This document shows, piece by piece, positions 27,217 to 42,743 of a stretch of DNA of 64,000 nucleotides. The translations under genes and the position numbers were made by a program. The stretch spans positions 130,324,001 through 130,388,000 of the forward strand of contig NC_042998.1 of NCBI RefSeq assembly GCF_006345805.1, given 5' to 3'. How positions within the stretch are numbered: the first letter of the stretch is position 1; each line of letters begins with the position of its first letter. The notes under the pieces were generated by a model that had not been told where the DNA came from, did no database searches, and saw nothing but the letters and a program-made list of their open reading frames with translations. This DNA comes from Octopus sinensis. Lineage: Eukaryota.

Positions 27217-27366
27217 TCTTTCTTTCTCCTTGTTTCCGACGAAGAGCTCCGCTCGAAACGTTAAACCCTCCTCCCCTTCTTTCCTGAGCGTCAAACAATA
27301 CTTTAATTGTTTCACGTCCTCGCGTTGCTGTGTTTTTTTCTATGTTTTCTTGTTTGGATTAACTTT
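27217..27366 (+). mobile_element. Solo Neptune-type pLTR fragment with minimal hammerhead, nested in a (TA)n tract
   Basis: gttt-CCGACGA-A-GAGC-tcc-GCTC-GAAA-CG-TT-aaac at 27232-27266; downstream ttcctgagcg also occurs in the 59190-59320 pLTR. Confidence 0.7.
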
Positions 27367-27405
27367 ATATATATATATATATATTTGTATTTATGTGCTG
27401 TGTAT

Positions 27406-27463
27406 ATTCCACTGATGAGGCAAGGCATTTCTTATGCAGAGTCAGAAATCCAGGATTTGGAAT
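27406..27463 (+). ncRNA. Type I hammerhead ribozyme motif (family A)
   Basis: Stem I ATTCCA/TGGAAT, CTGATGA, stem II with GCAT/ATGC hairpin, GAAA, stem III ATCC/GGAT, predicted site AUU. Confidence 0.65.
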
Positions 27464-27602
27464 TATCCAGTAATTGTTTTGCTAGTTTATTTTGTTCTTT
27501 TGTCTTCTCTCCTGGTGCTGTATGAACATTTAATGTGGTTTTAGAGGCAAGATTTGGCTGCTATTTCCAGCGTGCAGGTATCTCTTAGATACCTTAAATT
27601 AT

Positions 27603-27638
<36 letters not shown>

Positions 27639-28689
27639 GATAGATAGATAGATAGATGTGTGTTTGAGACTGTTCGTTTCTGCTTTGTATGTTTTATTTA
27701 AATATTCAAATGAGTAGCATGTCTTTGCTTTAAGTTACGACTTCTGCTAATGTCAACATGCTCTGTTTATGTAACTTTCATTTACTAATCTTTTACTATT
27801 TTTGCTGTGTGTTTTTATGGCATATTTTCTTGCAAGAACATTAAATAAACAATGCAGAGAATGTTTGCCATTTACTCTTTATAAGCCACTTTCAAATATA
27901 TTCATGACTCTTTGTCATAAAAGTTTTTGATGAAGTGGTATGCAAAAGCCTATTTCGTAATGTATATTTTGACTAAAAGTTTTGGAATTGTCCCTGGAAC
28001 ACATGTAACCATCTCCTACATAATCACTACTAAATTTTTCTACACACGCGCGAAAATATAAAGGACACTCATACATAGGAAAACACTTGCATATATATTA
28101 ATGCTTCTTTTATTTCTAATTTGTATATATGTAAACAGTTTAAACTTAAACTGAAAGATCATTCTACACATTTTAAGTAGATAAGATAGTGATTACACTT
28201 TTATAATGAGAAATTCGATAGTGGCAGGTTTTCTCACCGTCATCAGACTGTGCTATACTTCGTCTCTTTCGGGGATTGTATTGAGTTTGGCAATGGTGTA
28301 GATATGTAAAATAATGATTGGTTTATAATGTAGGGAGATTGGAGACGTAAATATGTAGGAATAATGACAGATGAAGATTAGAGGAAACTAATTATTAGTA
28401 AGGTGTCGGGCGATAGAAACTTACTGTGTTGGGGTTTTGGTTGGTTTCACGTGGGGATTGTGTTAGTATTTAGGGTTCTGTTAAGAGTTGAAGTAACTGT
28501 GTGAATAGCTGTGTTCAGTTCTTTTGTGTCAAATTTAGACCACGACATTGTTTGTGTGGAATGTTGCTCTTGGTTGTGCTTTAGCGCTCAGCAAACAACG
28601 TGTGTATATAAATTAGTTGGTCGCACCAAATGTGCGAAACGGAAGTGGAATCGGTGTCGGTGGTGGTATTATAGTTTTTTAAAGGGAAC

Positions 28690-28771
28690 ATACTACTACT
28701 ACTACTACTACTAACTACTACTACTACTACTACTAATGCTACTACTGCTGCTGCTGCAAATAATGATGATG

Positions 28772-28806
<35 letters not shown>

Positions 28807-28830
28807 AATAATAATATAATAATAATAATA

Positions 28831-28867
<37 letters not shown>
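28690..28867. repeat. Compound trinucleotide microsatellite (ACT)(GCT)(GAT)(AAT)
   Basis: Directly visible. Confidence 0.92.
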
Positions 28868-28870
<3 letters not shown>

Positions 28871-29400
28871 GAAAGGCGTCTCTGAATACAAAATTTTTGC
28901 GAAATGTTACCATCCACAGTGACTGAAACAGATGCTCGAAGACCAGACATTGTTCTGCTAGATAAAAGGAAAATGGAAAAAAAGATTATAACTGGGGACT
29001 CACGCGTAGGCGACAAAAAACTGGAAAAGGTGGAAAAATACAAATTAAAAAAGTCAAAATTTCTAAGAATGTGGGCAATGATGAGAGTAACTGTCAACAC
29101 AGTAGTTGTAGGGGAAATCAGAGCAAATAAAAATCAGATTTGAGAAATATCTTGGTGATATTCGAATTGATATGAGGATAGATCATGCTCGAAATGCTAC
29201 TCTACTGGGGATAATAAGGAAATTTAGATTGGTACTTGGATGTTAAATATATTTCATGATACTTAACAGCTGGATACCAAGTTTAATAAATCGTAGAAAG
29301 TGACCCTGGGGGATCTTGTGAGATCTTCACAGCAGATTGCTGTCCGTTCTAACAGAATTTACCGGAGCAAGTTAAATCGAGTGCTCTGAGGAATAAAAAG
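28868..29400 (+). mobile_element. R4/Dong-type LINE 3' fragment (restriction-like endonuclease)
   Basis: ARRPDIVLLDK...EKVEKY...RMW...VVVG...ATLLG..R; begins at a (TAA)n tract. Confidence 0.75.
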
Positions 29401-30071
29401 TAATGACGATTCTAAAGACATTCATACTACTGTTGCTGCTGCTGAGAATGATGGGGATAACAATAATACGGTGTTACACGATTTCTGTCCTTGTGTAGCA
29501 ACTGTTATTTCCGATTTCTTGACTCCTAAAAATTCAAACTTTGCTTTTGCTACATTTATTGAAACCCCAATGAATCCCTCTCAACACATGGATATGATAC
29601 TTCCCCACTACTCCTGTCCATGATCAGAGATGCGCGTATCATCAGCCACGAACGGATATGCTCAATATGGTTAAGTGACAAGCAAATATTTGGTATTGAG
29701 CAGAATATTTGCTATAACCGTAATCTGCTTGAGCAACTCGGCGCTGAAACTGCCTGAAATGTAATAGAAAATGGGTTACTTTCAAAACAGTGATATCCAG
29801 TTCACAAAAGCAAAGTTTGAAGGGAATAGTAGTCACTTCCTTCGATTTTGAGAAAAAGACAAAAAGGTAATAACAGTTACTGACCAAAGACACAAATATA
29901 TAAATGAATGAATAAATGAAAACTAAAAATAAAATAGAAATTAAAATTTCGTTACTCACTGTAATATATTATATATAAAACAATACAATATATACGAATA
30001 TTTACATATCTATGTACATATGAGGAATAAAATAAACATTTATGCATATTTACTTATATCTATACGTATAC

Positions 30072-30147
<76 letters not shown>

Positions 30148-30944
30148 ACATATGCTTATAAACACATGTATGTATATACATATACAGGTATACACATATA
30201 CACATATATACTTAACCACACACACATACACACACAGCTACGCGCACGCACGCACGCACACACACATATATATATACTCATATATTCAAGAGCTTTGATA
30301 TCAACGTATATGTGTTTGCATTATATTCTATAGCTTAAAATTTGTTTTTCTTTTTGGTAATAACCAATATCAACTTTCACTTTTCCCCTTGTTTTGCCAC
30401 TCAAACCTAATCTATCTATAACTTACGTAAGCAATTATTCTCTGTGGGACTTTGTTCATGAATTAAAAATGAAAGTTGCCAATTCATTTAAATTCTGAAG
30501 AGAATTACATCATAAGAAATAAACTAATGTCTCTGTATAAACTCTTCACGATCATCATCAGCAGCAGCAGCATCCACCTCCCCTCTTGCTGATCCTCCTC
30601 CCCTCCTCCTCCCCCTCCTCCTCCCCATCATCATTTTCATCATCGTCATCATGAAAACTACACAACTGACAGCTATAGTATGCAGCTATACAACACAACT
30701 AATGTGTGCATCAAAATAATCAACCCGTGCATTTGCAACTAGTGGAGACAGAATAGTAGAAATAACTCACTAGATATATCTAAATAAAAAAACGTATTAC
30801 AACTATTAAAAACATGTATGGCGTTCGTAAGTGAAAAGTAATCAGCTTCTATTTAAAAAAAAAAGCTAACCGCTATTGCCACTATTTTTTTAAATCGTAA
30901 GATGTAGTATGTATGTGTGTATGCATGTGGCTATCCATGTGATT

Positions 30945-31706
30945 GTTACAGTTTTATTTCAAAATTTCTTGCCAATATAGAAAGAGTCGGTTACTAACCT
31001 AGATTCAAAGTTCCTTCATTGGAATTTCAACATTAACAACAATGTATTTTTGTATGTATGTATGTATGTATGAATGTGGAGATTTATGTGTTTTATGTGT
31101 GTATTCTCATGCATAAAGTTATATATCTAGACTTGCTCATATATATTCAAATGATAAACTTCTGGAAAGTTTAACAGATTCTTACAGTTGCAGTGATGGA
31201 TTTGATATGTAGTGTTCGAATTAGCTTTCTTCCTTCTGGATTTGAAAAGCCGAATTTCTCAAGATTGGTATTTAGGCAGTGCGTTACATATTCCAGGGCC
31301 CCGATAATTACAGGTAGAAACCTGAGCTTGTAATATGGATAAAGTGACTGCATATTTATCAATAGTTCAGTATAAGGGTTCACTTTTTCACTGATCTTCA
31401 GCTTTATGTTAATATCCGCTGGTTCGCTAATTTCCACAACTGTGCACAGTTATCTCAGGTCTGTTGTGCTTGCATTTCATTGAGGTATTCACTGCTGCAT
31501 TCCACCACTATTCCTTTTTATTATGAGTGGTTATCGCTTCAACCATATTGTAGGTTCTCATTTCTTTGTCATCAGGATTATCCTTCCGACGGATTTCATT
31601 ATTGAGTGCTCTAGCTACAACACTATGTCTCATCGGTAGATGATGACATTTTCGGACAAATGCTTATGATGTGGGTGATAACATCTGCATTAGTCGTCAC
31701 ATTTTT
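30945..31706 (-). mobile_element. R4/Dong-like LINE 3' fragment
   Basis: ITHIISICPKMS (CCHC remnant), RH..VA, EISEPADINI..KI.EK...Y...PVIIGAL. Confidence 0.7.
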
Positions 31707-31844
31707 TAATACTGTTTCTCGTGTGTTTTTTTTTTTACTTACATTGGTAGAAAATACTCTCTCCCCAAGCGAGTCCTTCAAAACCAAAGTTATTTTTTCT
31801 CGGAAAATTTCAGTAAGGGCACATTTCACTGGCATATAATGCTG

Positions 31845-31919
<75 letters not shown>

Positions 31920-31926
31920 TGTGCTG

Positions 31927-31958
<32 letters not shown>

Positions 31959-31960
31959 GC
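31845..31960. repeat. (ACT)n-(GCT)n-(ACT)n microsatellite
   Basis: Directly visible. Confidence 0.95.
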
Positions 31961-32420
31961 AATAATCGTTGCAGTTGTGCCTGCCATTTTCCATAGTCGT
32001 AGTAAGGGGACAGTGGTCAGTTACTTGAGCCAGTAATGTAGTTTGGCTGGCAGGCACTATAGAATATGTTGGATCGTCGTTTGATGCGAAACCATGTGAT
32101 GGTCTTATATTATTTACGTTTTCATTTTTGTTTATAGTGTTGGGAAGAAGGTTAATTTTCGATTTCTTAATAAAGTTTCAGTTAGTAGCCTTCTTTCAAT
32201 GTTCTACAAATGTTGCTTGTTGGTGTGTGTATGTATATATGTATACATATCTATACATCTGTATGTATTTGTGTATACATGTGAGTGAGTGTGTGTGTGT
32301 GTGTGCGTGTGTGTGTGTGTTTGTGTGTGTGTTTGATGTAGATTTGATGAAGCATTGTGAGGCATAACTTTAAGAAGGCTGTTGTGTAAGGCCGCGACAA
32401 GGTACAAATTAAAGTACAAA

Positions 32421-33617
32421 AGTCAGAAGAAACTGCTTTCCAACCACATGATCTTGGGTTGAGTCTCCCTGCGTGGCACCTTAACCAAGTGACTTCTTCT
32501 ACATCCTTGGGGCGACCAAAACCTTGTGAGTGGATTTTACAGACAGAAACGAATCTATTCTATCTCAGTCACAGATTAGAATTTTTTTTTTAACTAACCA
32601 GTTTGAAACTTTGAATACTGGTAAAATTTCTCACGTAGAATACGGATTACTCTGAACGCTTTTGACAACATTTCTTACTTTAGAAGTTATTTCGTGTTAA
32701 AATTGTCGTAGTTGTGTAATTTCAACCAATCAACGACATGTATTCGGTTGAAGAAAGCTACTGCTGTTTGGGATAGTAATCGAAGAGGAACAATTTCCGT
32801 GTCATCTCTACTAAATGTTACCACTCTGTTCTATTCGTATGGCGAGTGAAGACGATGCCACATTTATTCTTTCTTTCTTTCTAGTCAGCACCGTACATTC
32901 CTTACTTTTCCCCTACCTTCTACACTATCAACTAGCAACCAGCGATCGATCTTGTCTCTGCTGCTACAATTACCGTATTTTCCTGTGTATAAGCCACTGT
33001 TTGTTTTGTTTTACTTTCATGTTTTGGTAATGTTATTTCTAATCAAATAAAGTATTTCATATTGACAAAATGTGTTTGTTGTTGATTATAGTAAGATAAA
33101 ATCATGACAATAACAATACATCACATAGTTGTAAAATAAGTCATTTTGAAACTACATATACGCCAACAACAAAAAAGCTAGCCGCGGACTTGCTCTATAG
33201 GTCTTTTAAACATTGGCGCGCTTTATGTGTGGATAAAGCACCGATGTCGGGCAAACGAATAAATATATGTAAATAATATTTCTTCCTTCTTGGTGTTGAA
33301 TCTTCCAACAGAGTGGTGACATTTAGTAGAGATGACCCGGAAGTTGTTTCTCTTTGATTACTCGCACAAACAGCAATAGCATTCTTCAACTGAATACACG
33401 TCGTTGATCGGTTGAACTTACCTAAATACGACAACTTTAACAAGAAATACCTTCTAAAATACGGAATTTTGTCAAAAACGCTCAGAGTAGACCGTGCTCT
33501 ACGCGGAAAATTCTACAAGTATTCGAAGTTTCAAACTTTTTATTTTAAAAAAATTGATTAAAAAATCTGAGATTGAGACGGAATAGAGCCACGGAAACTG
33601 AAAGAAGCCCGTCGTAT

Positions 33618-33667
<50 letters not shown>

Positions 33668-33820
33668 GGCTGAGTGAGTATGTGTTATTGTGCTGGTCCC
33701 CCATCGCTATTTGACAACCGGTGCCGGCTTCTTTATGCCCCCGCTAATTAGCGGTTCGGCAATATGAGCCCGATAGCAAAGGTAACAGCTTAAAAATATG
33801 TACTGAGGTTGATTCTACAC
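32421..33820 (+). mobile_element. tRNA-derived SINE split by a MITE (SINE parts 32421-32550 and 33591-33820)
   Basis: Removing 32551-33598 restores ggatt..agac.gaaactgaaagaagcccgtcgta, as in the reverse complement of the 17311-17345 copy. Confidence 0.8.
32551..33590. mobile_element. Non-autonomous DNA transposon/MITE, about 280-bp TIRs, 8-bp TSD (Merlin- or Mutator-like)
   Basis: TIRs 32551-32830 / 33307-33590; TSD acagaaac (32543-32550) / acggaaac (33591-33598); right terminus ends in CC (GG on the minus strand). Confidence 0.85.
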
Positions 33821-34448
33821 AAATAGACATACACACAAACACATATATATACACATATATACATCCATCCACCCACCCATCCATCCATCCATACACATAC
33901 ACACACAGATATATATAATTATATGAACTATCTGCAAAGATCATCATAATTTAGAAAAGAGGACGACATCCACAGAATTACTCACTGCATGAAGAAGTTT
34001 GATCGCCGAAACAACAAATATAAGTTGTTTCCTGCTGGATTATTGTACAGGATTAAATATGATACTGTAAAAGAAACGAGTAAATCTTTTTGAAGATGTT
34101 ACGTACCTAATATGTAATGTTTTCAGTATAAACTGCCACTAAATATATATATATATGATATTACATGCTATTGCGACTGTCCGTCCATCCATCTATCCAT
34201 CCATCTATCCATCCATCCATCCATCTATCCATCCATCCATCCATCCATCCATCCCTCCATCCATCCATCCACACACACAAACATACAAACATACATACAT
34301 ACATACATACATGCATACATACATGCATACGTACATATAGGCATTCACACATTCATATATTCAATGATGGAGCTTTGTATCTCTATTAGAAATACCTTCC
34401 TTCCGCAGAGGAAGGATGCAAATATTCAAAAATACAAAGAATATATAT

Positions 34449-34481
<33 letters not shown>

Positions 34482-34482
34482 G

Positions 34483-36775
<2,293 letters not shown>

Positions 36776-37229
36776 ATCACCATATATATTTCACCATATA
36801 GTATAATAATATATATATATCATTATTACTGTATTTATTTCCGAAACTATTAAAGCATCATTAGATGCACTCATTTACGTAAATATCAAGTTGTGGGAGA
36901 TTGATAACCATGAGAAAATTGAGGGAAAACACTGATAAACAGTTGGATTGTTTTATCAATACAAAGTATAGTAAAATATATCTGAACACCACTTCCTGTC
37001 TCTGAGATATACATTCCTAGCTTACGTCTAAAATAGTTAATGAAGTTTACTCAGGCATAATTATCTTGTACCTGCCTATATATTATATATATATATATAT
37101 ACATACATATTTCGAAAAATACCTATTTATATAAGGCACACACACAAATACACACATACATACACGCACGCACAAATTCACGTGTACACACACACACAAC
37201 CGTATATGTTATACATATAAAATATATGC

Positions 37230-37278
<49 letters not shown>

Positions 37279-37802
37279 ATATATTTGTATGTAGGTATGT
37301 AGATACATTTATATATGTGTGTGTGTGCCTGTGTATACATTTATATATCTAATGTTTGTGTATTCGTGTCTGTATGTAGGTTACATGTGCTAGGAAAATT
37401 CATGTGTGTGTTAGGGTGTGTATGTGTTTGTGTACACTAGAGAGTGTGCATACGTATATAATCATGTAACAAAATCTATAGAAGATATATGCAAACATAT
37501 TTATCTGCTAGTGATTACTTTTATATGTTGAGAGGTGGAAGGTGGGTTATAGTTCACACGGTGAAAACGCATTAAAACTGAAAACGGAGCTCTTCATTTA
37601 ATCTCTGTGAAACATAATCAGTGTCAGAAATGATAGAATTAAATTCCAAAATGCTGAACTGTACACACCGGAAGACACAGCTGAGGGAGTTTATATACAT
37701 ATACACACATAAATACATATATACATATACACACATATACATATATATGATCACAATAAGTCTTATAGATTATTTGATATACTTCGGACATGCCCCAAAT
37801 AC

Positions 37803-37904
<102 letters not shown>

Positions 37905-39378
37905 ACTAGTGTTTGAGTGCTTGTATGTTCGTCGGTATTTTGGGAGCGTGTAATTTGTAAGTATATTTACTTAGATTTGCTCGGAAATATTTTTGATGAT
38001 ATATTAATCCGCGGTAGAATTATTTAATTTAAATTCAGTTTACGTTGATATATTCTTTCCAGTCTGTAAATCTCATAGATATGTGGAATAAACCCTCCAG
38101 ATTTTAGATTTTTATTTTTTGTTATCAAAATTCAATGTAGGCTATCTCACCATTCTCACGATCGATAATACCTGAACGTCAATCTTCATAAAACTTGATA
38201 AACTGCGAGTAATTGCTTAAATAAATGTTAATCTTTCTTAGCCAATGAGTAATTCGTCGCTGACACCTTGATGTTTTGCGATTGCGTTCTCATACACGAT
38301 GAGGTTTGCCCGCCCACAACGGAATTCACCTTGATATAGGTAATAAGCTATTAGTTTGGATGCTTATGTCTTGTCATATATTTTGAATTAGAGCGAATGC
38401 CTCGGTATTCAACAACTGTTATATTGGTTAATGGCTGTAGTGTGCTTAATATATGTCCAATTCATATCATGGCATTCTGTAGCTCAGTCGATTATGTACA
38501 TCATCATTGGACCTAGGCAATACACACTATTTATACACGTGTATATATATATATATATATGTATATATATACATACAAACATGTATACGTTTATATATAA
38601 ATGTATATAAAATCATAAATAACAGAGAAATAGTTTGATGAAATTATATTGAACAAATAAAACAATTCTAATATCGCAACAAATTGTTTCGTAACTTTAA
38701 AACATGTAAATATGTTATATTATTGTATTTAAAAACAGATAAATACTTACATGTCCGCATTAATGCGAAATGCAAAAGTTCTTCAAAATAATGCAAAATT
38801 TAAGGTATATCTTCAAGTGAAAGAAATTCTTTATTAAAAATTTCTTCCACCTGACAACGAGGTTTAAATTCCGTATTCACTCACACACAGAAACACACAA
38901 AGACACACATGCGCGCGCGCGTATCGTAAACAAACTTAGAAGCACCGAGTGAGTCGGTATTCTACAGCAAATTGAAGTCTTGGACACAGGATGGATGTGA
39001 TGACTGCTTAGAAAATTAGATAAGTATCTCTAGGGGACGGAAAAAAGTAGACAGCAAGCCTCATCTGAGAATTGAATCTTGTATCACTCAAATTTCTGCT
39101 GAGCACATATGCACTCATTCAAGAGCAAAATTATCCAGATATTACTACATGTAATTCACTCACTCTCACACACTACTTGCTAATTCATAATTATAATGAC
39201 ACTCGCACACATGCACATAGTTATCCGGAAACCTTCACGTGTGTAAGTACCGACGAACGAACATGCAGACTACAATGCCCGCAAACACGTATTTGAGATA
39301 CATATATTCACAGAAATAAGAATATAACAGAGGCATACGTTATACATATACTGGAAAATATATCAAACTATATATATA

Positions 39379-39409
<31 letters not shown>

Positions 39410-39425
39410 AGTATATATATATATA

Positions 39426-39666
39426 TCACCGTGACCGACCAGACTATCAGATGTTGGTACAAATCACTGGTCACAATGCACTTCACGTAGTTTTAGCCTT
39501 CAAATGACGAGACCCCGCTGGCTAAGCGAGCAGACCGACAGAAGAAAGAGTGAGAGATCGTTGTGGCGAAAAAGTACAGCAGGGATCACCGCCTCGTGGA
39601 GCTTTAGGTGTTTTCACTGAATAAACACTCACAACGCCCGGTCTGGGAATCGAAACCGCGATCCTA
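39426..39666 (-). mobile_element. tRNA-derived SINE of a further family, 5'-truncated
   Basis: Reverse complement begins with B-box ggtttcgattcccagaccgggcg; GC-rich body flanked by (TA)n. Confidence 0.7.
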
Positions 39667-39667
39667 C

Positions 39668-39713
<46 letters not shown>

Positions 39714-40089
39714 ATGACTTTATGCAACTGATACTTTTTTTCTTTGATTCTCACGTACAGAATCACTATATTAAACGCATTCATGTACCGAGAAATATAT
39801 ATACATTGAACATTCACCAAGACATACGCATGTTTTCTAGATTGCATTCATACAAAAGAATATATAAGCGTAGATCCTGAAAAGCAATGTAAATGAAGCT
39901 CAACACTTCTAGATTTTTCTTTCAGATATCGGGTTTGTTTTCATTTATTTTTATTTTACATGTGCACATGTATGCACGAGTGTAGTTATATTGCTTCAAT
40001 ATAAACACGTTCTTTGTGCATGACCAGATAACACTCCATGTTCTTTATTAATCGAACTGCTTGCATCATAAAAGTACAACATGAAATAT

Positions 40090-40580
40090 GCACCACACAA
40101 ATGCAAGTTCTATTCGATTGCCGAAGATGGAAATGCAATGTGTTCTATATAGAAGCAATGCATTGTGATTTTGTTGTCTTAACAATATCCCTCTCAACAC
40201 TTTGAAAAGTAGAAATTGAATGCATTACATGCAAACTGCAAAAGAAGAATTATGTTGGGCTTATGGAAAAGTCAACTATGAAGCATTTCTACGCGGAAAA
40301 TCAGAAGAAAATAATGAGAAAAGCAAAGAGCTAACTTGACACACTAAAGGAAATCGACCTCTCAATATATTTCAAAATATTTTACGAATTTGGAATTTTT
40401 TCCTTCACGTCTAACGATATTGATAAATACATGAAGTTCTATGAAAATATGCATTTTGTATGAATCCCTTGATATTACCAGGTAGCTTCATGCTGTTAGG
40501 CACCATTCCAGATGATGCTACTACAGGAGAATGGCGAAATCATGATCTGCTATTGTATACCTAACTAGGTATATTTTTAC
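40090..40580 (+). mobile_element. Decayed PLE 3' end: GIY-YIG remnant plus decayed hammerhead (40505-40553)
   Basis: CVLYR...IECITCKLQKKNYVGLMEK; downstream attccaGATGA-T-GCTA...TGGC-GAAA-TCATGA-TC. Confidence 0.45.
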
Positions 40581-40655
40581 ACTGATAGATGCAGCTATTT
40601 ATCTATCTACCTATTTCACTCTCTCTCTCGATATATTATATATATATATATATAA

Positions 40656-40727
<72 letters not shown>

Positions 40728-41159
40728 TTATATACATATTCTGTCGACTCACACACATATTTATGTACATAATATGCATATACACAAATAGGAAACTAAA
40801 TAAGCGATAGGAAATATAAAAGGACAAAAATACAAAATATTCACAAGCTACCTTACCAGACACGTAAATATTTGGGTGGATATTTATATTTTCAGTTGGT
40901 GTTGAGCTAAACACTTATACTCCCATAATATAATATTTGTTCACACAAACACACACACAAACACACATGAACGCACACTCATAAACATGCCTTTAAATAT
41001 GTGTGAGTCCATCTGCGCGTACTCATGTACCCACGCATGCACACACACGCACACACACACAATCAATATATATATATAAATACATACATACATACATGTA
41101 AATATATATATATTATTATATATATATATATTATATATATATATATATATATAAATTTA

Positions 41160-41324
41160 ATAAAATAATGATAAGATCGATATTTAATACCGATCTTATC
41201 AGGTGGCGAGCATGGGAATAAAAACCTTTCAAGGTAATAATTACTTAAAATTATAATTTAGAGTATCTAAGAGATACCTCCACGCTGGAAATAGCAGTGG
41301 AATACACTCAGATAGCACATAAAT

Positions 41325-41364
<40 letters not shown>

Positions 41365-41950
41365 CAACATACGATATACTTACGTATACATTTAATATGG
41401 TTTTAGAGTCAAGTTTTGACTGCTGTTTCCAGTGTGGAGGTATTTCTTAGATACCCTAAATTATAAATTTAAATAATTATTACCTTTGGAAGGTTTATAT
41501 TCCCATCTGATAAGATCGGTATCTAAATATTGACCTTATCCTTATTTATATAAATGTATATATTTATTTCTTCATTATATTCACTGCGGTGTTTATTCCG
41601 ACCATATCGCACGAGTAAGTTTAAGGCGGGCAATTTAAACTGGTCGTGTGCATACGTGCATATGTATGTATATACGTTCGTATATGCAAGCATATCGTAT
41701 GTGTATATATATATATATATATATAATATATATATTATATATATATTTATGTGCTATCTGAGTGTATTCCACTGATGAAGGCTGAGCATTTCTTATGCAA
41801 AGTCAGAAATCCGGGATCTAGAATTATCCAGTAATTTTTTGCTAGTTTATTTTGTCTCTTTGTCTTCTCTCCTGGTGCTGTATGAACATTCAATGTGGTT
41901 TTAGAGTCAAGTATTGACTGCTATTTCCAGCGTGTATGTATCTCTTAGAT
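41160..41950 (+). mobile_element. Family A non-coding PLE-type element, second copy
   Basis: Collinear with 26745-27603; direct repeat starts 41388 and 41886 (period about 498 bp); inverted arm 41160-41388. Confidence 0.8.
41766..41824 (+). ncRNA. Type I hammerhead ribozyme motif (family A)
   Basis: ATTCCA-CTGATGA-A-GGCT..GCAT/ATGC..AGTC-A-GAAA-TCC-G-GGA-TC-TAGAAT; one mismatch in stem I. Confidence 0.65.
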
Positions 41951-42408
41951 TGGCTCGTTTGGCTTATGAGACGGCTTATAACAGCAGATTAAATTTCGGG
42001 AAACATCTAAAAAATCAATGTCGACAGATTAGTAGTAACAGTGATTTTGAAGCCTAATGTATCAAGAGTGTGACCATCACAGCCATGAGATATTCCCAAC
42101 CCTTCGGGATGGGAACTTGAATTGCAGTGAATGTAGTATAAAGTGACTCACATCATCACAGGTGTCTGCACTGTCATACGATCCCATCCATGGATCAAAC
42201 AACTCATATGAATTTCTATATATACAACATACGATATACTTATGATTTTTTAAGCAATGCAGAGAATGAGGGCTGAGCAACGCATTGGTGAATATATATT
42301 CTTTCTTTGTGGGTTAAGAATGTAAACAATGGTATCATGTGAAGCGGTCTTTCAGTTCTTCAAGCGTGCCACAAGGAAGTCTACAAATATGTGTATACCT
42401 ACACCCTT

Positions 42409-42444
<36 letters not shown>

Positions 42445-42655
42445 AGACACAGACACAGACACACACACACACACACAACACACACACATATATATATATA
42501 TATGTATGCATGTATTACGTATATGTATAGGAGTAATTTAGATTCACTTGAATTACGTACTTAAGTTTAGGTACCAGGTTTGTACGGTACTATCCGTACA
42601 GCTCGAAGTAAGGTGTATAAAATAAAAAGAAGTAACCGGATGTCAAGTATTATTA

Positions 42656-42743
42656 ATACAATACCACCGTTTCAAGCGGCCTCATTTAATTGAACATTGC
42701 AAGCATTACATCAATTTAAATACAATGCTATCTTCAGTTGCAA
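42656..42743 (-). ncRNA. Type I hammerhead motif with long stem II (family B, solo older copy)
   Basis: Reverse complement TTGCAA-CTGAAGA-[57 nt]-GAAA-CGGTGG-TA-TTGTAT; homologous to 46667-46754. Confidence 0.6.

Larger units (their letters stand above)
26745..27603 (+). mobile_element. Non-coding PLE-type element, family A: inverted arm + about 500-nt monomer + partial direct repeat
   Basis: Inverted repeat 26745-26870 vs 26915-27040; direct repeat 26869-26946 vs 27527-27603; hammerhead at 27406-27463; homologs at 41160-41950 and 63820-64000. Confidence 0.75.

Noticed and set aside
28200-28250. Minus-strand CTGATGA...GAAT
   Set aside because: Stems I and III cannot be formed; at most a very decayed motif
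38241-38339. Candidate plus-strand exon (ttag...gtaata)
   Set aside because: Stops in all three frames
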